A DNA stretch of 53,122 bases from the NCBI GenBank assembly GCA_025201805.1, contig MU619407.1, forward strand, positions 1 to 53,122, given 5' to 3'. Position numbers and translations under genes: made by a program. The notes under the pieces are model-generated. The model did no database searches. It saw nothing but the letters and a program-made list of their open reading frames with translations, and was not told the DNA's origin. This document shows, piece by piece, positions 12,854 through 24,860 of the stretch (position 1 is its first letter; each line of letters starts with the position of its first letter). Source of the DNA: Parasitella parasitica NRRL 2501 (Eukaryota > Fungi > Mucoromycota).

Positions 12854-15132
12854 TTACACTTTACGCTTCAGCATACAATAATCACCCCATTCCAAACCAG
12901 GAGAGTCAGGAATCCAAAAGGCTCTTAATAAACGGTTAGAGTTCTCAGAATCCAAGAATGGGTAACAATCCATCACCTCCCAATGCTCAGTATCTTTAAT
13001 GTAGCGAGGTTCTAGAGGAGAGGAGGGACGAAGGGGAAAATCAACATCGACCAAATAATCGCACTCCTCTGGACTGACATAAACGCTTGGATTTTCCTTG
13101 TTTAAATCATTGAAACCCTCAGGTGCTTGACGAGCACCAAACCAGCCATAAACACGACGCCTATAATATTGTTCTTGTCCGTCTACTTCATATGTGCCTA
13201 CATCCAAATCCTCCTCAAACTCTTGTGGCAATTGTCCTTGGAAGTTTGTTTTAAGAAACTGAAGACGAGTGTCACTTGGCAAAAAGAACTGCGACGGGAA
13301 ACGATACCATTCTTTGCCGACACACACGTTTTTCAGCTTGAGGTCTACATTGTTGGGGAAATCCTCCTGAATGTAGTTGCGGTTGACGAGCTGATCAGGT
13401 GCCTGCTCCTTCCAAAGCGAGGTGTACACCTGAAAAGGCGCGCGGTAACGAGTAAGAAGTGCAGTAATGCGGGAAATAGACAAAACGCCATAAACAAACA
13501 GAATGGCCAGCGATGTGTAGCGCAGGACAATGACACGAGTGTTGACACCGGCACCCAATAAGCCAGCAAAACGACTGGCCCACGTACGAATCAGAAAAAT
13601 CGAAATAGCGGCATTCAATGCGACCAAAGGGTAAGCGACATACATGAAGCGTTCTTCCTTGTGAGCCTGCAAAGAAAATACAATGAACCAAAGATAAAAA
13701 GGAATCAACTTCAAGCCAAGCTGAATGTAAGGCCAAACGTGATCCATTCTCGTAGTGCCGGGAACACGGTTACGATCGATGAATGCTGCAATGAGCTAAC
13801 TTTACAATTAATACCGCAATCACCATTCCCCAGTATTACCAGACTTACGACGCAAACAGCAGAGCCCAATGCCAAAATAAACGCAATATTGAAATTCAAG
13901 ATACCGTTCATGATGTAGTAGTACCAAGGTTCGACGCCATACAATTCTGGTCCACGTCCTTCAGCATTCGACAATACATTATATTTTATGATATTCCAAG
14001 CAACAATGGTGTACTTGCGATAAAACATTTGGTCTATCAACATAAGAATAAACGACAAACCAGCACCACAAATGGCAGTAGCTTCGATCAAACGAATGAT
14101 GCGTCTTAGGCGCCATTTTTTCCCAGCAACAGAGCGAACAACCGTGCCATCTTCTTTTGTCATAGTGTCGCGGCCAAAGATAAGCACCTCTTCAATGGCA
14201 AAAGGAACGCCAATAAGGGCAGCAAATGGCCAACCTCCCAGAGCGCCCAACCCAATCCAAAATACAACCTTATAAGTACGGCTCAGGTCAACATCGGATA
14301 CAGGCCTCAAAGCATAAGAAAATGCCATAAATGCACAGTACATGGCAAAAGTCGAAGGCAAATATGCTAGTATTGCAGAGTTCAATATACGTTTAGCCCA
14401 CCCATACCGCACAGACCCCCTCCCACCTTACCAGTAGAGGCATTGAACATGCCAGCTCCAAAAAACAAAATAGCAAATACATAGCGGCCCACATGAGGGT
14501 TGATTTCTTCAGTGACAGTACGATAAAATCTAGCTTCTACAAAGGAACACACGGCAGCAAGGAAAAGTCGGATAAGGTAAAACGTTTGAAGCTACAGTCA
14601 GTTGGTTAGCTCTATCACGACAAGGCATGCACATAAATATTACGAGCGATTTCAATTTTACCTTGGTAGAAGTTAACAATTTAGTAAAAAAGCCTACAAC
14701 AGCATTGACAAAGATAAAGGCCCAGCTTCTAATCTTGTAATCTGTCGAGTATTCCCAAGTTTCACGGCCATAACCTTGTAATAAATAGTGCGTAGGTTCC
14801 CAGTAGTTGTACACTTCATCACAATCATCAATTATGCGATACAATCCTGAGAAACAGCGCATAATAAATAAAATTCGAAAAGCAGACAAAATCGTCAGCG
14901 AAAATGCATCTTGCTCGCTCATTAAGGCTTGAGCAGCTCTACAAATAATATAACAAAAAAAACCCGCTTGTTACAAACAACAGCTTTTTTTTTCATGAAA
15001 AAAAAAAACTTACTTGACAGACTTGAGATCGGAAGCATTGGAAGGATTAGGAGCACTGGAATCGGTAGCATGTGGTTGTTTTTTGCTTTTCTTATTATTT
15101 GTTGTACGTGAACGCAATTCAGAAGACGCCAT
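12854..15132 (-). CDS. ALG9: Dol-P-Man alpha-1,2-mannosyltransferase (GT22), 5 exons
   Basis: DCDEVYNYWEPTHYL..ETWEYS..IRSW, AYLPSTFAMY, GWPFA, QAHKEERFMY, VCVGKEWYRFPSQFFLP; ATG 15132. Confidence 0.94.
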
Positions 15133-16578
15133 TTTTAACAATAAAAAAAAAAGGGTGAAAAAAAAAGAGAAAGAAAGCCTTGGAATAGGAAGGTTAACCA
15201 CGTTTTAGCATCGATCTCCTTTTATTTTGTTTCGCCTTCTGAATACCCCAAATGTGTTTATCGCTAAAAGATATAACCGCCCATGCTATCGTATTTTCTC
15301 CCGAGAACTGAAACTCTTTTTGTGATTCCATGCGACTTGCACTCCTTCTCGCTTTCCACGTTTTGTTTACTCCTTTCATTCTCTTTTATCGCCAAACCAA
15401 TCATGATAGATCAATTAACAAACTAATATAATGTATAATGGTATGGTTCCTACTGAAGTATTTATAAAATCAATAGCATTCGACGAGTAAATTGAAGATG
15501 GCTGCTGCTCGCACTGAAAATTAAGATATGTACAAAAGTATATGCAATCATTTAAGTCAGGTTTGAAATTCTCAATATACTAAAACAGTGTACTGCACCT
15601 ATGTATTATGCCAGACAGTTTTTCAGCGTTTCTTGCTTTGGTATATATCGTACAGCACTTTGATGTGCTGGCTTTTATTGTTGTGCATGGACTATTTGAA
15701 AACTCAATTTTTGAAGGACGCTGATCGCTTCTTTTAAACATTTCACGTCTTTTGGAGGCAACTCAATTGCACCTAGGGGCGACTAATAGCAGATGTTTAC
15801 TCTTTATATTTTTAATCGTAAATATATGCTGTATATTATCCTTGTATCTAAGAAAACAAAGGCTTTTTACTTCATATTCTAGATGTATCTGCGCGAGACA
15901 TCAAGGCCATTCTATCTTTTACTCCTTCTACCTCGTTATCTTAATTCTAATTGAATCAATTTTGGAAATTATAGCAATTGATCAGGCCTATCACTAAATG
16001 AAAGATTTTAAGGAACATTAATGATAGCAAAACTACAAAAGTATACAGGCTGAGTGTATATCAACTCTAGTCCATGACACACCATCAACTAAATGATTTA
16101 CAAGAAGATAATCCCATTTTTGGGAATTTCATCTACTAAAACTGTATTTTCTGATTTGAATTGGTTGCTATGAAAACCTTTTCATTGAAAAAATGAGGTT
16201 GCCAGGGGCAAGCAAAAAATGGCAGATCAGTTCTTTTTTTTTATTATTATTATTACTATTATTTGTTTTATCGGTTACTTTTATGGGACAAGATGAAGTG
16301 CAAAAAAAAAAGAGTGGTCTTTATCCAAAAAGGTGAATATGGCAACACATCTTGTATTAAAGGGGAATGAAAATTGTGAGGTATCACTAAAAACTTCGTA
16401 ACGTCATACACCATAATCTGTTGTGCTGGGTGGGTTAAAGGGGGACTACAGAGGACTACAAGATCCAAGGCAATAAGCAGCTTTACTTCACACTGGGTTA
16501 TTTCACGTGTTTTGCAATTATATTAATTATCCTTTTACACATACTTTTATTTTTTGCTCTCTTCTTTCTCTTTCTCCC

Positions 16579-16620
16579 TTTTTACTTTTTACTTTTTACT
16601 TTTTACTTTTTACTTTTTAC
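16579..16620. repeat. (TTTTTAC)6 tandem repeat in the Rac1 5' region
   Basis: Six exact 7-bp units ending 34 bp before the ATG. Confidence 0.9.
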
Positions 16621-16654
16621 TTTTTTTCTTTTTCCTTTTGATACTTTTCATAAT

Positions 16655-17429
<775 letters not shown>

Positions 17430-17457
17430 GTAAACCGTGAAAACCAAGGAAACAAAA

Positions 17458-17657
17458 NNNNNNNNNNNNNNNNNNNNNNNNNNNNNNNNNNNNNNNNNNN
17501 NNNNNNNNNNNNNNNNNNNNNNNNNNNNNNNNNNNNNNNNNNNNNNNNNNNNNNNNNNNNNNNNNNNNNNNNNNNNNNNNNNNNNNNNNNNNNNNNNNNN
17601 NNNNNNNNNNNNNNNNNNNNNNNNNNNNNNNNNNNNNNNNNNNNNNNNNNNNNNNNN
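17458..17657. other. Assembly gap (200 N)
   Basis: Run of n. Confidence 1.
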
Positions 17658-18735
17658 TTTTTATTAATACAATGATATATGATATAAATGTATAAATTCG
17701 TTAGTGTGTGTAATGTTGAATGAACTCCGTCAAATAGGTCTGTAAATTGCCATGGATAAATCCAGTAGATCAAGGAGGTTTTAAACAAGGCAAAACAAGC
17801 ACACTTCAAGCAGGAGCGACATCTCGTGTTCCCCTAGAAATACAAAGAAACTATATGGCCACCTGTTGAAATATGGGCGATATTTTAGTAAAATGCAGGT
17901 CTATCATTATACTTGTAAAATGAGCGAAATGAACGTCATCTCACGTTTAATGAACAAAAAGTCGCTCACCCAATTGACAATAAGTGATATTCTGACACAA
18001 ATGATAGTATGTAAGGGATCAGAAACTACTCCGTTCTATTAGGTCACATTTGTGAGGTGATTAACTACCTCATAATAAATAACCTTTAATCACTACCAAA
18101 GCATACATAATTAATCATCATCATGAAACCATGATCCCCTTTCTAGAACCCTGAATTTCTCAAAAGGGGTTTCTTTTATGCATAAACATCATGAAATTGA
18201 TGATAGTATAATTTATATAGCTTCACTCTTATAATGACAAGGCTTTCAACTCGTTAAATGTGCTGATAAAATACCAAAACCTTTTACAAAATAGTTTTTC
18301 GAGATATTAGATAAAATTATAGCAAAAACGTTTTTAAAAGAAAGCATAATTTTAGCTTCAAGCATATTTGTTATTAGTGTATCAAGTGAAGTTTGCAAAT
18401 ATACTCCTAAGCAATGCATCTTTGAATCCGAATTAATACAATAACAAACGTACATTTATCGTAACGGACGTAAGAAGATCATGACTCTTCTGCTATTCGA
18501 TCGATAAATTTACATTGTTGCTCATATAACAAACATATTCACTACCTATATCATAAAGCCGTGTTGAATGTTTCTGAAAATTGACAAGGGCCATGAGTTT
18601 TTACGTTGAGAATGACTTTTTAAACGAGTGTAATTTATATTGGGTGATAAATTGAAAAAACAAAATTACTCTTTGAAAAAGAAATAATGATGATACAGGC
18701 AATGATACAACGAAACGGAGATAATAGTACACTGG

Positions 18736-21700
18736 TTAAACGTAAATTGTGCTTGGAATGTCTCTAATCTTCAAAGGAAAAGGGTCGGCTTCTTCGTCTT
18801 CATCAGCCATAGGGTCGACTCCGTATAAAGTCTTTGGGTATTCATCGTCGTCGTCATCGTCACCAAAGACTTCCTTACCATCGACAAACTCTGGCTCTGG
18901 CTCAGCATAGACGGGAGGATCTGTAGGGCTATCTATATCTTCTTCATAGTCATCGTCATTGTCATCGTACTCATCCTCGCTCTCATCGTCGTCCTCATTC
19001 ATATGGACTTCACCGTGTACATTTCCAGGAGCAATACGATACCCATTATCATCAGCATAAATAATACCATCCTCGGGCTCAAGTTTAAGGTGCTGCTCAG
19101 CTGGAAAAGGTGGCTCCACAACAGGAGCATCAAAATCGCCAGCTCTATTCAATCTCACTCTATGCAAACCACCCACGTCGTGACGAGCACAATTCAAATC
19201 CCAAGAGTCTAGCAAGGTAGCTTTTTCACATGCAGCAACACTCCAAGGCTCGCCGTAGGTAATGGGAGCATAGATACGGTAGGCATAAATGATGGAAGCA
19301 CTTGCAGCCACTGCAAACATAATCTTCGCCGCACAGTGAAACCTGCTTAAAATCAAGTCAAGGCCAACGCCCAAGGTCAACACGGCCAAGTAGAGAGCAG
19401 GCATGTAATAATTCAAAAATAACTGAGAGTCCATATAGTAAAATGGAATGTAATGCAATGCCCAACCTAAGGCAAAAAAGCCAGCCGAGGTTTCATAGTA
19501 GGCACGCTTCCCATTAAAATTGTCCCTGAAGCCACGCTGATCACGCAGCCGGAAAAAGGTAAACATAATGCCGAATGCAAGTACTGCGACTGTGGAAGCC
19601 CAAAAGACAGCAGGGTTTCCAAGCAGGATGATCTGAGCGGTTTCCGAGACCCAATAATTGACACCAGAGAGAAGTAAGGGCCATACATGTGGACGAGTCT
19701 GGAAAGGATATGTCTCAGTCAAGTCAACATTGAACGACCACATGGCATGGTGCAGACGCATCAGTTTGGATATAAACCCAGGTCTGTGTTCATGTTCGAT
19801 AGCTACACCGGGAGGCAAAAGCGGGTTCTCGGTCTCATCAATGATCCACAAAACTTTGGCCTTTAAGCCCTCTTGGATACAAGAGACTTCCTGCTGTCCA
19901 TAGCCCCATTCAGGCAATCTCTCGAAAGACGAATATAAATGGCAGTCTTGGTTGGGGTGCTCAAGGCGGAAAATACTACGCCGAGCCTCCAAGTATCTGC
20001 CAGCGTCCGGATGAGCAGTGTTGTTGTCGATTTGAACACGCCAAAAGTCATTGGAGTCACCAGTATAGTTCTCAAAGCCATAGCCACTGACCTCAAAATG
20101 GTAGTCAGTATCAGTGACAGGCGCAGGCACGTTATGGCTATGAAGTTTGCGTGGAGCAGAGGCAACATGTTCAAGGCGGATGATATCTCCATGACGGATG
20201 AATTCCAAAAATGTGGTGTTGTCGCTACCCAAAAGATCAGGCGTATTCTTCTTGTCTACATCCGCCTTGAGGATTCTCCACCAGTTATTCTCGTCTTTGT
20301 ACGGATACAAAGTAACCTGCTGTTGTCCAGATCCTTCGACATAGTTTGCTGCATGAGAATGAAGATAACCGCCGGTAGTTTCAAGGTGGCGCATGGTTAT
20401 GAGAGAGCCGTAGGCTACTGGAACTGGTGTATCCACAGGATCGATTCCTTTCAGCTCATTTTGTGTTTCGATCTCCATGTAATTGTCGCCAGGACCTGAC
20501 TCGGAGAGAAGGGAAAGGTGAGCGTAGAACGTAGCCAAATAGATGACAATAGGTATGATGCAAAGACATGTCAATCTCGCACAAAGATGGACGCAATACT
20601 GACGCTACAGAATTCAAAAAAAAAAAAAAGGAATTTCTATATTTAAACATGTTGTGCATCCTAAGTTTGGAAAGATAAAGTTTAGCCAGTACCTTTGTCA
20701 CTTTGATATCACCAAGAATCTCCCACAATTGCTTTGATGCAGACAAGCCAATGGTAGTAATAGTGAATAAACCAACCCATTTACTACTGAGAGCACAGCC
20801 TAAACTGACGCCTGTGAGGAGTAACCAAACCCACCAGCTCCGCCCAAAAGCACTGGTATTACATTTGTCAGAAAAAATGCCAATGATTTTCTCCACCCAC
20901 ACACTGACCTCTGTCTGTAGAACGTTGTATAAGCATAGACACTCGATGCAGTAAAGAAGAGAAGGTATGAGTCCAGTAAAATAAGTCGATCGCTAGTAAT
21001 AAATCCATTTTCTATAAATTGCACAATTAATTTGACAATAAATTAAAGGTGCTTGTTGATTTGTACTACCAAAACAAATTGCCAAGGCAGTAATAGCGGC
21101 AGCGAATATTGAATGTCCAGCATTGCGAATAGTCAAATAAGCCAAAGGCACCACTAAACAGCCTAATAATGCACCAAACCCACGAACTGTAGCGTATGGA
21201 AAAGCGGAGGGGTACTCACTGCTGACAGTTTATGCCGGTTGGTTGGTTGGTTGGTTGGTTGATATACACTCGTAAACAAATACCTTCCAGACTCCTTGAA
21301 TTCGAATTGACCATCATAGCCTGCAATCCAAGCAACCAAAGCAATCAACATTTTTGCCAGCTACACACATGCAATGCAGCAATCAGAACCCCCGCCCTCC
21401 GTCACCCACTTTTATAACAACTTACCGGTGGCTGGACGTCAAAGAAGAACCTCTGGGTGATGTAGTATGAAGCATCTTGGCCAAAAAGAACCTCGTTAAA
21501 GCTATAGAGATTGCATGTCAAAAGCCACCGTTCACTATACTGAAAACAAAAACTTACACGACTTGATCTGGATTACTGATATTCTTGAATCGAACGGGCA
21601 GCGAGACAACAAACAAAACTGCAGCAAACAAACAATCTTTACTGCTATGATAGTTTGGGTTTCTAATGTGGAGCGGCTTTTGCTTTTTCAGGTCATCGTT

Positions 21701-21784
21701 CTGTTGCTCTTTTTTGGGGTGGTGAAAAACAGTGGGAGAAGCGAAAAGCTTTCGTTGTCTCGGCTTCAAAGAGGCAATAGACAT
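18736..21784 (-). CDS. Protein O-mannosyltransferase family member (PMT1-like, GT39 + MIR domains) with substituted active-site motifs and acidic C-terminal tail; 7 exons
   Basis: SNPDQVVFNEVLFG, FFFDVQPPLAKMLIA, RLILLDS, SSKWVGLFT, MIR repeats GGYLHSH..QQQVTLY, RKLHSH, LPEWGYGQQEV, LGNPAVFW, LFLNYYMPALY. Confidence 0.9.
21237..21261. repeat. (GGTT)6 microsatellite in a PMT intron
   Basis: Direct reading. Confidence 0.9.
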
Positions 21785-21913
21785 TTTTTTTTAATGTTTG
21801 GGAAAACGAAAGAAAAGAGTAACATGTGTGGCAAGGCAGTGCCAGAAATTTATTACAGAATCTAAGTTACGTTACATTACATAATCAACTCCCGATAGCG
21901 GGACACATTTCAT

Positions 21914-23578
21914 TCAGGCAAGAGATGCCTTCATAGTCTCCAATAAAATGTCAGCATGTTGACGCTGGAAAGTCAACATGGGGCGAAGACGTACAGTGCG
22001 ATCACCACAACCGCCAATGTTAACACCGCGCTGACGCATGTCGATGAGGAACGAATCTCGTTGCTTGGGGTCAGGTAAATCAAACGCAATAAAGGCACCT
22101 TGGCCACGAATATTCTCGATGGGCGTGGACTTTGTCATTTCAGTCAAGTTGTCCTGCAAGTAGCTTCCAACGTCCTGCACATTTTGAAGCAACTGCTTGT
22201 CTTTAATCTCTTGCACAATAGCAGCTGCTTGCATTGCACGAACTGGGTCACCCATCCAGGTGTTGTACAGACGATAGGCGTGTGTGGGTCGAAGACGAGA
22301 GCTCAGATAGAATCCGGCTGCTTGAAACTTCTTGGAAAACGTTACCATGTCGGGCGGTGAAGGCAATTGCCATGCTTCATGGGCCCAGAATGTGCCAGTT
22401 GCACCTACACCTGTTTGGACTTCGTCGACAATAAACAAAACGTCATTTTTTTGACAGATGGCTTGCAAGCCTCTGAAAAATTCAGGGGAGGCTACGAATC
22501 AAATCGAGTGAGCATATAATGTGCTCGATCATCGTATCAATAAACGTACCGTGATTGTCTCCGCCCTCGGATTGAATGGGCTCAATGACTAAACCGGCGA
22601 CCGGCTTCTTTGCTGTTGTAATAATACGCTCGACTTGATCCAATGCTGCTTGCTCAATCTTTTGATTGTGTTCTTTGTTGTCTTGCAAAGGATAGGCGAG
22701 CTGAGGGAACGGCGCTTTAGGCCAGTCAAATGCGGGAATATCTACTTTGTGGATTGCTTTGCTGGCGGTTGCTGTCAAGGAGCCAAACAGTCGACCGTGG
22801 AATGCTTGACTAAAACTCAAAATGGACATATCGTCAGGCGAGCCGGGCGTCTGGTTCTTCATGCATGAATTCAGCTCTTCCAGATTGAAATCGCGATCGC
22901 CACGTCTTTTGGCAGCCTTGTACATGAATGCGGTCTTGAATGCATTCTCGTTTGCACAAGAGCCGCACATGACAGTAAAGACGTTTGTCATGCCCTTGGG
23001 TGCCACTGCCATGAACGCCTTTTCAACCGAATCGACCCAATCTACGTTGGGATTTACGCCGAGAGCAGCTCTACATGTACATACGGACGTTGAATGAACG
23101 CAATCTGATACATCTCATCCAGCCATACCTGTTTGCCAATGCAGTCTGAAAAGCAGGCTTTTGCGCAAGTGCCAAGAAGGCAGGGTTGTTGTAGCCTACA
23201 GGAATGGATGCAATCTGAGCAAAAACATCCAGCAATGTGTTGCCGTCGGCATCCACAATGTAGTTTCCCTTTGATTTGGCAAAGTCTATGACACAGGTAG
23301 CGTTAAGCGCGCGATCTGCATACTTAGGATTATTCACATGCCGTACCTGCAACAAAAAAGATGGATCGGGTGTCCTGATATTGGTCTAGTTTTGACATGA
23401 TCTTTTTGGATTCAGGGCCTGGAATGGCCGTGACAACGTGAGGTTTGGTAGGCTCATCGGGAAAGAAAGCCGTGGCCTCTCTGATAGGCGAGGCGACACT
23501 AGCTAAATAGCGGACGCGAGGCACTGCATTGGGCCATCGACTTATCGTCGCATTTCTGCGTATAATACAAGGAATCAT
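21914..23578 (-). CDS. UGA1: 4-aminobutyrate aminotransferase (GABA-T), likely mitochondrial, 4 exons
   Basis: SKGNYIVDADGN.LLDVFAQIASIPVGYNNP, CGSCANENAFK, FHGRLFGSL, HKVDIPAFDWP, IEPIQSEGGDNH, DEVQTG, VTFSKK (PLP lysine); Arg-rich, acid-free N-terminus. Confidence 0.95.
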
Positions 23579-24860
23579 AGTTGTTCAGAGTGGGGAAGAG
23601 GGTTAAGCAAAATCTAAATTTTTAAAAAGAAAAAAGCCGTGAATATAAATAGGCAATGCTTTGCGTGGGAATTTACTCCTTGTACTGTAGTGGTATTTGT
23701 CATGACGAGATAAATACATGGACCGTATATGGTTATTTGAGCAAAGATTTTGTTTATTGCAAGTGATTGGTATGAGACATCTTCAAGAATCCCATTTTGT
23801 GTACCGATGCATGTATCCACAAGCGGGCAGACAGGCACCATACCCACTTTTCAAGATATTTTAGCATCATGGCCATTACTGCCATTATTCTTTACAGCCC
23901 GTGCACAAGGTCTTGTTTTCAAAGTAGTGATGCGTTTTATTCGCTTGCGTAGTAGTGCATGTCTGGTGTTAACTTTCAAAGCAGTGAAACTTGTACACCA
24001 AAGGGCAATGCAAATTGCGTACATACAGCGGAAAGTAATGCAATTTTTATTTTATAAACGAAGAGAAGGCATGCAATAAGACATGCTTATATGTATAAAT
24101 CAACTTGGCCACACATGGCGATGATTTTTGAAACATATTTGCAGGTCAGGGTGATGGTGGGGGTAGGCGCTGGCTCTGTGCTTGTACTGGTGAGCTTGAT
24201 AAATTCCATAGTAGGTAGCTATAGGTGTTTTCGTTTTTGGCTTGGAGACATTGTAAAACTTGTTGGCGGAATTGTTCCATACTGTAGAAATATAAGAGTA
24301 AAGGCGGATTGAGTCAAATGCAGTAAAAGACATGTTGATGTTGGTATCAAAATGATTGTATACGGAGTCCAACCAAGTTGGTCGGTTTACTACAAACAGC
24401 TTGATTTGACAGTTGTTAATGATGAAGGATTTGAGAGACAGGGGCTGCTTAAGAGTAGGCTCCGATGGGAATAATGGGATTGTCAACGCCAGTAGACCTA
24501 GGTTTGGTTGAGCCAAATGGCACGTTATTCATGGTGTCTTTTGTATGAAGAAGTTTGGGTTGATCGGTTTGCAGAAAACTTGGACATGAGGACCCACCTG
24601 GTTGTTGCACGATTTCTTGGTCACCGATAATGAAAACATCCACACCGTCATAGAAATGGCAAAGAAGATGACCCGTATATTTGGGATAATAACACACACA
24701 TTTATAAAGGTTTCACATTGTCAAAAACTCTAAAACTAGTCCGTCATATTGTTGTAATAATGCAAGGGCTTTTTTGGCGAGTTTATTATCGTGTACGCAT
24801 TTTAGATTTCGTTTTTTTTTTCTTCTTCTTCATCTTCTTTACATACATCTCTTATAAATC

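Noticed and set aside
18136-18169. Short imperfect inverted repeat CCCCTTTCTAGAA / TTCTCAAAAGGGG
   Set aside because: Only 13 bp with mismatches, no convincing snoRNA boxes or target-site duplication
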